A stretch of 64,000 bases of DNA from an uncultured Verrucomicrobiae bacterium (GTDB lineage: Bacteria > Verrucomicrobiota > Verrucomicrobiia > Chthoniobacterales > UBA10450), in contig CAWFGO010000002.1 of the NCBI GenBank assembly GCA_963815455.1, positions 544,001 through 608,000 of the forward strand, read 5' to 3'. The position numbers and the translations under genes were made by a program. Positions 33,011 to 44,344 of this stretch are shown in pieces; within the stretch, counting starts at the first letter, position 1; each line of letters opens with the position of its first letter. The notes below the pieces were generated by a model that saw nothing but the letters and a program-made list of their open reading frames with translations, was not told where the DNA came from and ran no database searches.

Positions 33011-33311
33011 GGGTTGGGTTAGGTTTGCGCTACCGATTAGTGAAGATTTCAAGGTCTGACAAGGTTTTTTTTCAATTTTTTGAAAATAATTTGAACGGGC
33101 AAGACCGGGGTTTGTCCCCGGCATTCCTCGTTTTTTGCCTTTTTAGCTAAAATCCGAGGGCTTGCCTAGATAAAAATAAAAGAATTTTTAGGCCCTTTTT
33201 TGGGGGCGCTAGGGGCCCGAAAATCACAGCAAAACGTGGAAATTTTTGTTTCGCATGGTCCGCGGCGGGGTGGAAATGAAATAAATTATATCGGCTCGAA
33301 ACACCGCACAA

Positions 33312-33745
33312 TTAACAACGAATTGAGATCACGATCAAGACGACGATTGCGCCGAACAAGATCAGCCGCAGCCGATTCTGGCGAATGTGTCCAAAGCAAA
33401 ATCCAGCGCGCAGGCGTAAAAAAGAAGAACGGAACCGTGGCGGCGCAAAGCAGTCTGCCGGAGGTGAAATACGGATGTTGGTTTGAAGGCATGGGCCAAA
33501 ATCGAATGCCGATCGAGAGCCAGGGCCATGAACGCTACCAGGGCCCCAAAGCTGAGCAGCGCCAGCCAGGCCCTGACGCTGCAAATCGCGAGCGCACGAG
33601 AAGCGCTGTTGCCGTCAGGCCAAACGTCAGTCAACTCCGGCCAAAATTCTTTTGCGATGCCGAGTTCCAATTCAAAATGCCCAGTCCCGAAACAATCCCG
33701 AACAAGAAAAACAATGTTCGCCTAGGCTTCGATCGAATCAATCAT
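33312..33745 (-). CDS. Possible small membrane protein (frameshifted, uncertain)
   Basis: Hydrophobic ORF pieces in different frames between the TMTC-like and receptor genes. Confidence 0.3.
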
Positions 33746-33788
33746 GAAACCATAAAAAATGTGTGTCTTCGAGTCATATGTGTTCGCC

Positions 33789-35665
33789 CTAAAAGCGTAA
33801 TGGTTCGCCGCGACGAAATAATTCCGCGCAACGGCGCAGACTGTTGGCCATCGATTCGTCTCTATTCGCTTCTGCCATGCGTTCGCCGCGTTCCGCGACC
33901 TCAGCTGCTTCGGTGAAATGATTATTTTCGGCAAGAGCGGCTGCCAACGTGCGCAACGCCCGAGGAGTTTCGCCACCGAATAGAATTGCGCGCTGGGCCA
34001 AGTTCCGAGGCCTCCTTGCCGTCGCGAAATTCGGGATCGGAAGCGGTGGCCAGCACCCAGGCCAGATTGTTGGCCGCGTCAACGTTTTCCGGATCGAACG
34101 ATAGTGTTTGCCGCCAGACCGCGACGGCACTGCGCAGTTCGCCTTTGTTCGCGAGCAGAGCGCCAAGATAATTGCTGGCCTGAATATTGTCCGGTTGAAT
34201 GCTCAGAGTTTCTTGAAAGTGCTCGATCGCGGCGTCGAACTTTCGTTGGCGGGCCAACGCCATAGCCAACCCATAATGCGCGGCCACATTTCCCTCGCGC
34301 AAACTGAGGGCACGCTCGTAGTGTTCGATGGCCGCATCCGTTTGACCGCGAACAAATAGGATTCCAGCCAGGCCTGCGTGAGCGACGTCGTTATCGGGCG
34401 TGACCGCCAAAGCATGGGTCCACAACGCTTCGCTGTCGCGCCAATGTTGTCGTCTGTTGCCAAGACAACATAAACAAGCTGCTAAGAACGAGCACGGCGA
34501 CCGAAGAGAGGACAGCTGCTTGCCGTCGCCATGATTTCGTCAGGTCGCGCACGAGCCACACCAGCATGATGTACAACCCGATTTCCGGAAGATATGTGTA
34601 CCGATCGGCATGTCCTTGCAGGCCCACTTGCACCAGCCCAATCACGGGCAGCAACATGACGCCGTACCACAGCCAACCAGATTAGAATGTACGGATTTTT
34701 CCGGCGCCGCAGGAGGGCGATGATCGTAATGGCGACGAGCACAGTCGTCGTCGCCAGCAGGCGCCAACCCGGGAACCGATTTTCGGAATGAACATAGAAC
34801 GAAATGAGATGGACCGGCCAAAACATCTGCCAAACATAATCAACGTAGCTGACTACGGCGTTGGTAACCCGCCACTGAAACGGCAAATGTTCGGTTGAGC
34901 CGAGCGCCAAATCTTGGGCCACAACGTCGCCAGACAGGAGCCAATCGACAGAGCGAACAACGGAATCTTCTCCGCCAGCAACGTGACAATTGCGGATCGT
35001 GCTGCGGCACGGCCTCTAATAATCTGAGCGGCCAGTAGTCTATTAATAAAGATGATCGGCGTTGTGACCAGCATCGGTTTCGACATCAGGCCGCAGGCCA
35101 GCAGGATCGACATCGCCACGTAACCCCCAATCGACGGCCGCCGAACGTATCGGCCGTAAGCGATCAGCGTGAGCATGAAAAACACGCCACTGAGCACGTC
35201 TTTGCGCTCGGATATCCAGGCGACCGATTCTACTCGCAGGGGGTGAATTGCAAAAACGGCGGCGACGAATGCACTCATCCATAGACTGCCGGTCATTTGC
35301 TCGAGCGCGATAAAAAGCAGGACCGCGGCGACGCTGTGCAGCAACACATTTACGAGATGATGCCAGCCCGGTTGGAGCCCGAACAACTGGCAATCCAGCA
35401 TGTGCGAAATCGTGGTGAGCGGGTGCCAGTTTTGGGAATGAACGTGCGTGAAAGCCCAACCCACGCCGTGCCACGTCAGCCCGGCGTTGACGTGAGCGTT
35501 TTCGATCACGTATAGCGGATCGTCGTAATTGACGAATTGAAATCCAAAGGTCTGCCCAAAGACCGCCCAGGTGATCGCGACAAGCGCGAAGCAGATCGCC
35601 AGTTTCCGATTAAATTTACCGCGCACGATTGCGGTTGAATTAAGATGTGTGCGCGGCTCGCGCAA
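33789..35665 (-). CDS. TMTC-like GT-C glycosyltransferase with TPR repeats (frameshifts)
   Basis: FVNYDD, NWHPLT, HPLRVESVAWISERKDVL, SKPMLVT, ADRYTYLP, TPRs, NNLAWVLAT. Confidence 0.82.
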
Positions 35666-35704
35666 ACGAGATGTCGATCCTGCGGGTTGGAGAGCGGCTG
35701 ATAA

Positions 35705-37009
35705 TCATGCCTTGGGGCCGGCGATTCTAAGAATAGCTGCGCCGATGATTCCGGCGGCCAGCGAGCCGGCAAGGATGCCAAGCTTGGAAGCGGGAACCAG
35801 GCCGCTGTCGCTGAAAGCGAGCATGGCGATGAAAAGCGACATGGTGAAACCGATTCCGGCCAGCCAGGCATAACCGAACAGCGACATCCAGCGAACTCCA
35901 GCTGGGAGATTCGCCAGACCGGACTTCACAGCGACCAACGCGGCGGCCATTATGCCGAGCGGCTTTCCGATAATCAGCCCAGCCAGAATCCCCAGCGCGA
36001 TCGTCGCGTGCTCGATCGGTCCCCCAATTCGAACCCCGGCATTGGCAAACGCGAACAGCGGCATAACGACAAACGCCGAGAAATTATGCAGCGCGTGCTC
36101 CAGCTTGAGAATCGGCGCGGTCACGCCTTCGCTGGCGTGCTCGAGCGAAAAGAGCGTTTCCTGTTGTCCCTTGCTGGTCAAAACGAGGAGGTCGCCGGTC
36201 TCGGTTCGGTCGAATTCGTCCAGCAACCTGCGCGCTTCGCTGGAAAATTCCGCTGCGTTGATTCGGGTGTGGGCAGGAATCGTGAAGGCAAGGATCACTC
36301 CGGCCAGGGTGGCGTGAACGCCCGATTCGTGCACAAAATACCAGAGAAAACCTCCGGCCAACAAATAAGGCCACAAAGGCCGAACGCCCAATCTATTGAG
36401 TCCAATCAACACGACCATGACCGCGGCGGCGGCGGCCAGCGCGCCCCATGCGATGTGGCTCGAATAAAAAAGCGCGATGACGAGAATTGCGCCCATGTCG
36501 TCGGCGATGGCCAGAGCAGTAAGAAAAACTTTGGCGCCGATTGGGGCGCGCGGAGCAATGATATTCAGCGCGCCCAAGGCGAAAGCGATGTCGGTCGCCA
36601 TCGGAATACCCCACCCGCGCGTCCCGGCACCGCTGGTGTTGAACATCAAATAGACCGCAGCGGGCACAATCATCCCGCCCATGGCACAGGCGATCGGAAG
36701 AGTTGCCTGTTTCCGAGACGATAATTCGCCGGCGATCAGTTCGCGTTTTATTTCCAGCCCGACCAAAAGAAAAAACACGGCCATCAATCCGTCATTGATC
36801 CAGTGGTGCAGGCTTAACGAAAGCGTACGATCGACAATGCCAATCGCGAATGATGTTTGCCAGAAGCGCTCGTAACCTTCGGCCCAAGGGGAGTTGGCAA
36901 TGGCCAGCGCTGCTAAACCGAAAACCAACAGAACCAGACCGCCGAAGATTTCAGTTCGAAAAAAGCGCTGAAATATCGTCAGCGGAATCTTCTGCAACGG
37001 GATCGGCAT
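35705..37009 (-). CDS. nhaA: Na+/H+ antiporter NhaA
   Basis: WINDGLMAVFFLLVGLEIKRE, GWGIPMATDIAFALG, AIADD, GIGFTMSLFI. Confidence 0.95.
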   Translation of the reverse strand: MPIPLQKIPLTIFQRFFRTEIFGGLVLLVFGLAALAIANSPWAEGYERFWQTSFAIGIVDRTLSLSLHHWINDGLMAVFFLLVGLEIKRELIAGELSSRKQATLPIACAMGGMIVPAAVYLMFNTSGAGTRGWGIPMATDIAFALGALNIIAPRAPIGAKVFLTALAIADDMGAILVIALFYSSHIAWGALAAAAAVMVVLIGLNRLGVRPLWPYLLAGGFLWYFVHESGVHATLAGVILAFTIPAHTRINAAEFSSEARRLLDEFDRTETGDLLVLTSKGQQETLFSLEHASEGVTAPILKLEHALHNFSAFVVMPLFAFANAGVRIGGPIEHATIALGILAGLIIGKPLGIMAAALVAVKSGLANLPAGVRWMSLFGYAWLAGIGFTMSLFIAMLAFSDSGLVPASKLGILAGSLAAGIIGAAILRIAGPKA

Positions 37010-38296
37010 TACTTGTTGCCCTTGGGATCGGGAGTGACCTGCGCATTCTGTTCGGCAGGTGGATTGTGCCGGTGCCGCCATTTTGGCTCCGGATGCCAAC
37101 CGATCAACGCCAACATGACAACGAAGCCAGCCACATAGGCGACAACAACGAACCATCCGTGCTTCAGCCATCCGCCAACCGAACGCACCTCGGGAAACAT
37201 GCTGGAGAGGGCCACGCCGGCCGACGACCCAAACCAGATCATCGATCCACCGAAGCCCACCGCATAGGCGAGCGGTCCCCAATCGTATCCACCCTGTTTT
37301 AGTGCGAGCGCGGTCAACGGAATATTATCGAATACAGCCGATAAGAAACCGAGGCCGAACGCGGTTCGAGCAGAGGCAGCCGGCAAACGCTCCACCGGCA
37401 TCATCGACGCGATCAGGACGAGCGAGAGCAGAAAGACGGAGGTCTTCAGCGCGCGGGGAAGAATTTCCCAATCGGGGCGGCGCATTCCCGAGGAAACCAG
37501 GATTGCCACCCAAACCGCGGCGCCGATAAATGGAAAATGATCGCTGTACTTCAGGAAACTTCAGATTCACCGTCACGTTTGTTATCATGGCCAGCACCAG
37601 AATCAGGCCGACGATGCCGATTCGCATCCAGTCCACCTGAGTGTGTTCGTGGGCGTGTTCCAGGATCGGCGAATATTTATGTTGTTTAATCGCGGCCGGT
37701 ATCCCGAAGACGAAAAGGGCGACGGTGGCAGCGATGATTGCTTCAAAAACTTGCAAAGGCGAGACGCCGGCAATCCACATCATGGTCGTGGTGGTGTCGC
37801 CTAAAACGCTCCAGGCCCCGCCCGCGTTCGAGGCCGCGACAATTGCGGCCAGATAACCAATGTGGACTTTTGCGCGGAAAAGTTGATGTGCCATCGCGCC
37901 GCCGATTAACGCGGCAGCGATGTTGTCGAGAAAACTGGAAAGAATCCACACGATCACAAGCAGGAGGAAACCGCCCTTCCAATCGTGCGGAAGATATTTG
38001 GGCAGAACCACCGGCAGGTGGCTCTTCTCGAAATGGCGCGACAACAGAGCGAACCCCATCAGCAAACAAAGCAGGTTCACCAGGATGACCCATTCGTGCT
38101 CGAGGTGAGAGGTGAAGCCCGGGATTCCCTGGCCAGTTTTGAAACCGGTGAACAGAATCTTGTAAGTCGCGATTGTCACCAACCCGGTGAGCGCCACCCT
38201 CATCGTGCGATGATGGAAGACCGCGACGCCAAGCAGCGTCAGTCCAAACAAAATGAAATCGATGGAAATGCCGAACACCGCCGGATCTTTCGGCAT
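37009..38296 (-). CDS. CitMHS/NhaD-like ion transporter (frameshift near 37545; start may lie upstream)
   Basis: SSFLDNIAAALIG, SNAGGAWSVLGDTTTTM, SAVFDNIPLT, GGSMIWFGSSAGV. TAATG overlap with nhaA. Confidence 0.82.
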
Positions 38297-38461
38297 CGCA
38301 GCAATGGCGTGAGATGGAATGTCCACAATTGATGTTTGTAGCCGGGAAATGTGCCTCGGGCCAGTGCGAACAGGAGAACAGGCCAGGGCGCGCGGCATTT
38401 CCGCAATCGTCAAACGCTGCGCCTCTGGACATTGTGAGGCAACATTCCTACGATAGGCGTC

Positions 38462-39059
38462 ATGTTTGCAGGCCTGATCGAGGATATCGGCAACGTGCTT
38501 TGGATTCGCGGCTACCGACAAAGGGACGGAACTGCAAATCGCCGCGCCGCGCATTGGGAAAAAACTTCGCACCGGAGACAGCGTGGCAGCCAACGGTTGT
38601 TGCCTCACTCTGAGCGCACATCGGGCCGAACAGCTCACCTTCGATCTGCTCCAGGAAACGCTTGATCGCACAAACCTCAAGACGGTCCGGCGCGAAAGCC
38701 CGGTAAATCTGGAGCGCGCGCTCGCTGTCGATGGTCGTGTTGGCGGACACTTCGTCCAGGGCCACATCGATTGCGTCGCGCCGATCGTGGCCTTCGCGGA
38801 AAGCGGCGCCGATTTCCGCCTTGAAGTCGAATTACCCGGCGAATTCGCCCATTACGTCGTCCCTAAAGGATCCATCGCCCTCAACGGGATCAGCCTGACG
38901 GTGGCCGAAGTATTGCCTGCAAGCTTCGTGGTCTGGATCATTCCCCACACCAAGCGCCATACCAACCTCGACCGGGCTCGGGCAGGCGATTCGCTCAACA
39001 TCGAGTTCGACATTCTCGCCAAGTACGTCGAACGGATGTTGCCGAAAACTGAACGCTGA
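38462..39059 (+). CDS. ribE: Riboflavin synthase alpha chain (frameshift near 38510)
   Basis: [48 protein letters not shown]. Confidence 0.93.
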
Positions 39060-39071
39060 CTTGTTCTGCCG

Positions 39072-39163
39072 GTCATCCCGAGCGCAGTCGAGGGATCCCG
39101 TGGTGATACGGGAATCTAACGCAACGGGATCCTTCGACTCCGCTTCGCTCCGCTCAGGATGAC
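39072..39163. repeat. Palindromic REP/MITE-like element, GTCATCC...GGATGAC family
   Basis: Inverted ends gtcatcccgagcg / cgctcaggatgac, between convergent genes; second copy at 42039. Confidence 0.85.
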
Positions 39164-39217
39164 AAGCATTTTCGCTCTCTACTCTACTATATATATATGG
39201 AGAGAGCGTGCGCGAAC

Positions 39218-40609
39218 TCACTTCGCCCCGGAGCCAAAGATCACGGCGGGAACTGTCCGCAGCAAAATCTTGAAATCGAGCGCCGAGCGACCAGTGATCG
39301 ATGTAATCGAGATCGAGTTTTACCCAATCGCCAAAATCGCGCACCTGATTGCGTCCGCTGATTTGCCAGAGACAAGTTAGCCCCGGCTTAACGCTTAAAC
39401 GCCGGCGCTGCGCGGTGTTCTCGAATCTTCTCGACCTCGTACAACGGCAGAGGACGCGGCCCGACCAGGCTCATCTCGCCCATCAGGACATTAACCAATT
39501 GGGGCACCTCATCAAAGCTCGTTCGCCGGAGCCAGTGCCCGAACGGCGTAACACGCGGGTCCGCTTCAACTTTGAATACCGGCCCGCTCATTTGATTAAA
39601 CGGTTCCAGCTCGGCCCGACGCATCTCGGCGTCGTTCGCCATCGAGCGAAACTTGTGCATGACAAATGGTTTTCCGTGCTTGCCCGCCCGGCTTTGGCGA
39701 AAAATGACCGGCCCAGGCGACGTGATCTTTATGATCAAAGCGACAATCGCCATCGGAATCGCCAGGAAAACGAGCGCCACAAACGCGCCAATCCAGTCGA
39801 TGACTTGCTTGATCAGCAAGGTCCAGGAAACATCCGGAGTTGTTCGAAACACGAGCATTGGCCGGCCGCCAAAGGCGTCAAAATCCGGCTTGGCAATCGC
39901 CGTGCGAATGAAGTCGGCCGCTAGCCATGCCGGCACACCCTCGACCTCACAGGCGCCGATCGCTTCCTCGACGCGATTAAGCTGGCTATGGCCGGCGGCA
40001 AAGATGACGCGCGACACGGCGTGCCGATGCATCGCTTCCACCAGATCCGACAACGGCTGCTTGTCGATGTCGATCCTGGCAACGACAGCGATCAACAATT
40101 TCTGCTCCGGCGGAAACGAACTCTCCAGCGCAGCAATATCTTCGGGAATGCCGGCCAGAACACCGGCTCGCGCAGCTCACCCCGCAGGGCTTTCCCCGAA
40201 TCCGACTAACAATAATGCGCTCCTTGATCAGGAGCACCAGCGTTCCGATCAGAATAAAGAGCAACGGCACCGATCGATTGGCCAAGGGTTGCCGGAAGAA
40301 AATAACGCCTGCGCTCACCATGATGCTCAACCCGATCATGGCGCGGACAATCTGGCCGAACGATTTCCATTTTCCCTTGTTAAGCGGCGATTGGTAAAAA
40401 CCTTGCAGCTCCAGAAAGATCGGACCGAACGGCATGATCACGATTAACAGCCAGTGATAATTTCTGAACGGATCGATGGTGTTGCTTAGGGCAAACCATT
40501 CCGTGCTGTAAGCGCGCAAGGTGTGCGCGAGCCAGAGTGAGATGGCCAGAAGGAACGCATCAATGATCTGCTGCAGCTGCGTGTTTAGTTCCTGTCTTTG
40601 TGTGAGCAT
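39218..40609 (-). CDS. Polyprenyl-phosphate sugar phosphotransferase (WcaJ/CpsE-type priming enzyme; frameshifts)
   Basis: N-terminal TM segments, [41 protein letters not shown]. Confidence 0.9.
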
Positions 40610-40659
40610 GCTAGAAAAGAGCGTGTTTCCGGCTCCCTAATTTCCAGAATCGCTAAGTA

Positions 40660-41356
40660 TATGACAATGCCCAGATCGGTCAAAAGCCGCTGCTACATCG
40701 TCGGCGTAATCGCCACGCGCGCCGATTTGCAACGCGCTCTCCGAATGCGCAAGCCGCCCGACCTTTTCGAACTGCGCCTGGACTGTCTCGTCGGGAACCT
40801 CGACGAATTGGAAGCGAAATTGTCGATCTTGTCCGCCCGGGCCAGGCGGACGCCGCTGATCATCACCGCGCGCGACCCGCGTGAAGGCGGCGCCAATAAT
40901 CTCTCCCGGGCTAAACGCCGCAAGTTGCTTTCCCGCTTCCTGCCACGCGCCGGCTTTGTCGATGTTGAGCTGCGGTCGGTGGCGGCTTTCCGCCCCCTTC
41001 TCGAACTCGCGCGCCGGAGAAATGTGCGTCGGATTATTTCGTTTCATGATCTCAAATCCACGCCTGATTCGCGCAGCTTGCGTGCCAGAGCCAGGGCAGC
41101 CAAATCGGCCGGCGCGGACATTTTCAAAGTCGCAACCCGGACCGATAATCCCCGCCAGCTCGCACGTTTGCTCGATTTCATCGCGACCAACGATGTCGAT
41201 GTTGCAATAAGCGCGATGGGTATCGGCAAACTTGGCGCAATATCGCGCATGGCAATTTTGCGCTGCGGTTCCGTGCTCAATTACGCTTCGATCGGTCGAT
41301 CACTGGTCGAAGGTCAATTGTCGATCCAACAATTGCGTTCCGCGCTGGGGCGTTGA
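40660..41356 (+). CDS. aroD: Type I 3-dehydroquinate dehydratase
   Basis: ELRLD, LIITAR..REGG, VDVEL, ISFHD, ADIFKVA, AMG..GAISR. Confidence 0.85.
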
Positions 41357-41399
41357 AGATTGCACGCAAGGGACGGAACTGAAGGTGAAAAATGGGTCG

Positions 41400-42013
41400 A
41401 TGAAATTACCTGCCGAAGTGCCGGTGATGCCGCTGCCGGGCGCGGTGCTTTTTCCTTACGCATTGCTTCCTCTTTATATTTTCGAGCCGCGCTATCGCGA
41501 CATGCTCGAAAAAGCCCTGCGCCAGCACCGCATGTTTTGCGTGGCCCTGATCAAGCCGAGTTGCCCCAGTGGTCGGCGCCGGAAGATTTTTTTCACGTGG
41601 CAAGCGTGGGCCTGATCCGGGCCTGCGTCGACCGCGGCGACGGAACGTCCAATCTCATCTTGCAAGGACTCGAGCGGGTTCGCTTCACCAGCTTCGAACA
41701 GGAAGAGCCGTTTCCAATCGCGACAATCGACCGGTTAAAATCCGAGGCGGCCGCCTCTGTCGAAACCGATGCCCTCGGCACAAAAGTCCTGGAGATCTAT
41801 TCCAAGTTCAAAGGCAACGGAAAAAAACTGCCTCCGAAGGTGGATCGATATCTCTCCGATCTGAACGATCCGGAAATGCTGGCCGATCTGGTGACCTCGA
41901 CCTTTGTGAGCGATCCTTTGCGTCGCCAACATGTTCTCGAAGAACTTTCGGTAAACGAGCGGCTCCGCCTCGTCATTCGGTATCTGCAGGAAGAGAACGG
42001 CGCCGCGGCGTAG
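41400..42013 (+). CDS. Stand-alone Lon N-terminal (substrate-binding) domain protein (frameshift near 41560)
   Basis: PVMPLPGAVLFP..LLPLYIFEPRYRDM; no AAA+ or protease domain. Confidence 0.85.
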
Positions 42014-42038
42014 GCAAAGGTCATCGACCTAACTACCC

Positions 42039-42164
42039 GTCATCCTGAGCGCAGCGAAGGATCTCGCGCTCGCACTCAAAGGTTCACACAAAACTGAAGC
42101 ATGATCGCATGATTGCTCGTAGCGTTGCTTTCTCCCCGGGGTCCTTCGCTTCGCTCAGGATGAC
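42039..42164. repeat. Palindromic REP/MITE-like element, GTCATCC...GGATGAC family
   Basis: gtcatcctgagcgcagcgaagga ... tccttcgcttcgctcaggatgac; degenerate half copy at 42209-42232. Confidence 0.85.
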
Positions 42165-42235
42165 AAGTATGCGATGCCGGTTTGTGGCGCCTCGACCCAT
42201 TTCAAACCGTCACCCCGCGGCGAGGGACCTCTCAA

Positions 42236-43399
42236 TTAATCTAAGTTGGCCGCATCGCCCACAATCCGTTGATGTTCCTCCAACAAATAGCGATCCGTCA
42301 TTCCCGCGATGTAGTCGCAAACGGTGCGCTGCAAGCCTTCCTTCTCGATCCGTTTGGCCGCAGCTTCACCCAGCATGGCAGGATCGACCATGTAGGCTTC
42401 GAAGACGCTCCGGAGCATTTCACACGCGCGCTGGTTCACCTCCGCCACCCGTGGATGATAATACACGTTCTTATACAAAAATTTCCGCAGTGCGCGATTC
42501 GCTTCCGCCAGTTCTTCGCTATAACGAATCAGTGGCGCCGGCTGGCGCCGCACGCCGTCGGCACTTTTCACCGCGGCATCGGCGATTGATTTGGCGCTGT
42601 TCGAAACCAGGTCGCGGACTTCTGTGTCAATGATGTCGCGAATAACGAACTTGTGCAGGTCGGGCTCCCGAGCGTCGGGGTAACGGGAAATGACTGCGCG
42701 CAGACTCTGTTGCCAGACCGCGTTCTCCTCCAGTTGCGCAGTGCTCAGGATTTCAAAATCGACCGCATCATCGAGATCGTGGCTGTAATACGTGATCTCG
42801 TCCGCCAGGTCGGCCACCTGCGCTTCTAACGATGGACAACGATACTTCTCCGCCCCTGCTTCCGGCATTTCGTGAGAGAGCTCGTGCTTCTGCAAACCTT
42901 CCCGGACTTCGAACGTGAGATTTAGTCCGGAAAAATCCGGATATGGGTTCTCGAGCAATTCGACCACGCGCAGGCTCTGCTTGTTGTGATCGAAACCGCC
43001 GTGGTCGCTCATGCATTCGGCCAGCATCTCTTCGCCGGAATGCCCGAACGGCGAATGCCCCAGATCGTGCGCCAGAGCGATTGCTTCGGCCAGATCTTCG
43101 TTAAGCGACAATGCCCGCGCGATGGTCCGGCTGATTGATGCAACCTCAATTGAATGCGTCAATCGTGTCCGCAAATGGTCGCCGGTCCCGTTCAAGAAAA
43201 CCTGCGTCTTATATTCCAACCGGCGAAATGCGCGGGAATGAATAATGCGCGCCCGGTCACGCTGAAATTCCGTTCGATAGGCGTGACTCGGCTCGGAATA
43301 TTTCCGGCCGCGGGAATCGCCCGATTTCTGCGCGAATGGAGCGAGAATGGAGCGCTCGGTAGCCTCCATCTGCTCGCGCGTCTTCCAACCTTCGTTCAC
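42236..43399 (-). CDS. dgt: dGTP triphosphohydrolase
   Basis: RDRARIIHS, RTRLTHS, HDLGHSPFGH, DYIAGMTD. Confidence 0.95.
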   Translation of the reverse strand: MNEGWKTREQMEATERSILAPFAQKSGDSRGRKYSEPSHAYRTEFQRDRARIIHSRAFRRLEYKTQVFLNGTGDHLRTRLTHSIEVASISRTIARALSLNEDLAEAIALAHDLGHSPFGHSGEEMLAECMSDHGGFDHNKQSLRVVELLENPYPDFSGLNLTFEVREGLQKHELSHEMPEAGAEKYRCPSLEAQVADLADEITYYSHDLDDAVDFEILSTAQLEENAVWQQSLRAVISRYPDAREPDLHKFVIRDIIDTEVRDLVSNSAKSIADAAVKSADGVRRQPAPLIRYSEELAEANRALRKFLYKNVYYHPRVAEVNQRACEMLRSVFEAYMVDPAMLGEAAAKRIEKEGLQRTVCDYIAGMTDRYLLEEHQRIVGDAANLD

Positions 43400-43409
43400 G
43401 GCACGATTC

Positions 43410-43790
43410 CTAATCGACTGTCGATCCCCGCGATTCTGGCTTCACCTCTTCCTGCAACCGGCGTTGCGCCCGGCGCGATTCGAGTCGAACCATGAGAAGA
43501 TCGAAAAGGGCAAGGAAAAGCGCGGTCAAAGTCAGCCAGCCGCAGGCGATCCAAAACACCAGAAACCCCAGCGGATGTTCGCGCGGACTGAGCGGGGCCT
43601 CCAGGAATGTCGATCCGGCAAGCACGAGCGCCATCGCAGCGATCAGGAGCGCAATCATCGTCCTGCGGCGCGCCTTCTGATCGCGAATCACGCCACGCGT
43701 GGCATGCACGACGAAGGACGCTGTGCGCAAAGGCTTTTCTTCCGGCTCGGTCACAGTGATGATCGATGCTCGCCGACTCCAGGAATTCAC
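43410..43790 (-). CDS. Small two-TM membrane protein, unknown function
   Basis: Two hydrophobic helices; fills the gap upstream of dgt. Confidence 0.6.
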   Translation of the reverse strand: MNSWSRRASIITVTEPEEKPLRTASFVVHATRGVIRDQKARRRTMIALLIAAMALVLAGSTFLEAPLSPREHPLGFLVFWIACGWLTLTALFLALFDLLMVRLESRRAQRRLQEEVKPESRGSTVD

Positions 43791-43852
43791 GCAAGCCTGG
43801 ACGCGCGCGAATCAGCTTCTCAGAAGCCGGGCAAACTGCTTCGATAGGGGCG

Positions 43853-44338
43853 ATGAAGAAAAAGAAATCGCGCGCATTGCGCAAGCCAGCACGGGCTTCG
43901 ACCAGGGCCAGACCGCTCGGGCCGCATCAGAAAGCCGCGCTCCGAAGTGAAGCATTCGCTCGGGCACTGGAGAACGCGCAAGCCAATGCCAGTGATCCCG
44001 AACGGTTGCGCGCGCTCTTTGCCCAGGCAGCCGGAAAAGCTGCGTCCATTCCGCGAGATCCGTTCAAGGAGAACTGGCCGTATCTTCAGGCGATGCTTCG
44101 TCTGGTTCGCGCCCATTCTCGCGGTGATTATCCGCGCCAGGAAATTTCCGACGACGCGTTCCTCTGGATCATCGCCGCGCTGAACTATCTTGTCGATCCG
44201 TTCGATCTGATTCCGGACGACGTTCCATTTCTCGGCTTTGTCGATGACGCGACGGTGGTCGAGTTTGCCGTATCACGAACGCAGCAAACTCTGGACGATT
44301 TCATGATTTGGGAGACAACAAGTTCGCGGTGCGAGTGA
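43853..44338 (+). CDS. YkvA/DUF1232 family protein
   Basis: ALNYLVDPFDLIPDDVPFLGFVDD motif. Confidence 0.85.
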   Translation: MKKKKSRALRKPARASTRARPLGPHQKAALRSEAFARALENAQANASDPERLRALFAQAAGKAASIPRDPFKENWPYLQAMLRLVRAHSRGDYPRQEISDDAFLWIIAALNYLVDPFDLIPDDVPFLGFVDDATVVEFAVSRTQQTLDDFMIWETTSSRCE

Positions 44339-44344
44339 TATTCC

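Noticed and set aside
33010..33310. AT-rich region upstream of the TonB receptor as a cobalamin or other riboswitch
   Set aside because: No recognisable aptamer motifs; looks like ordinary promoter DNA.
37010..37282. Long N-terminal extension of NhaA in the ORF track
   Set aside because: Overlaps the upstream transporter in another frame; the true start is the ATG at 37009.
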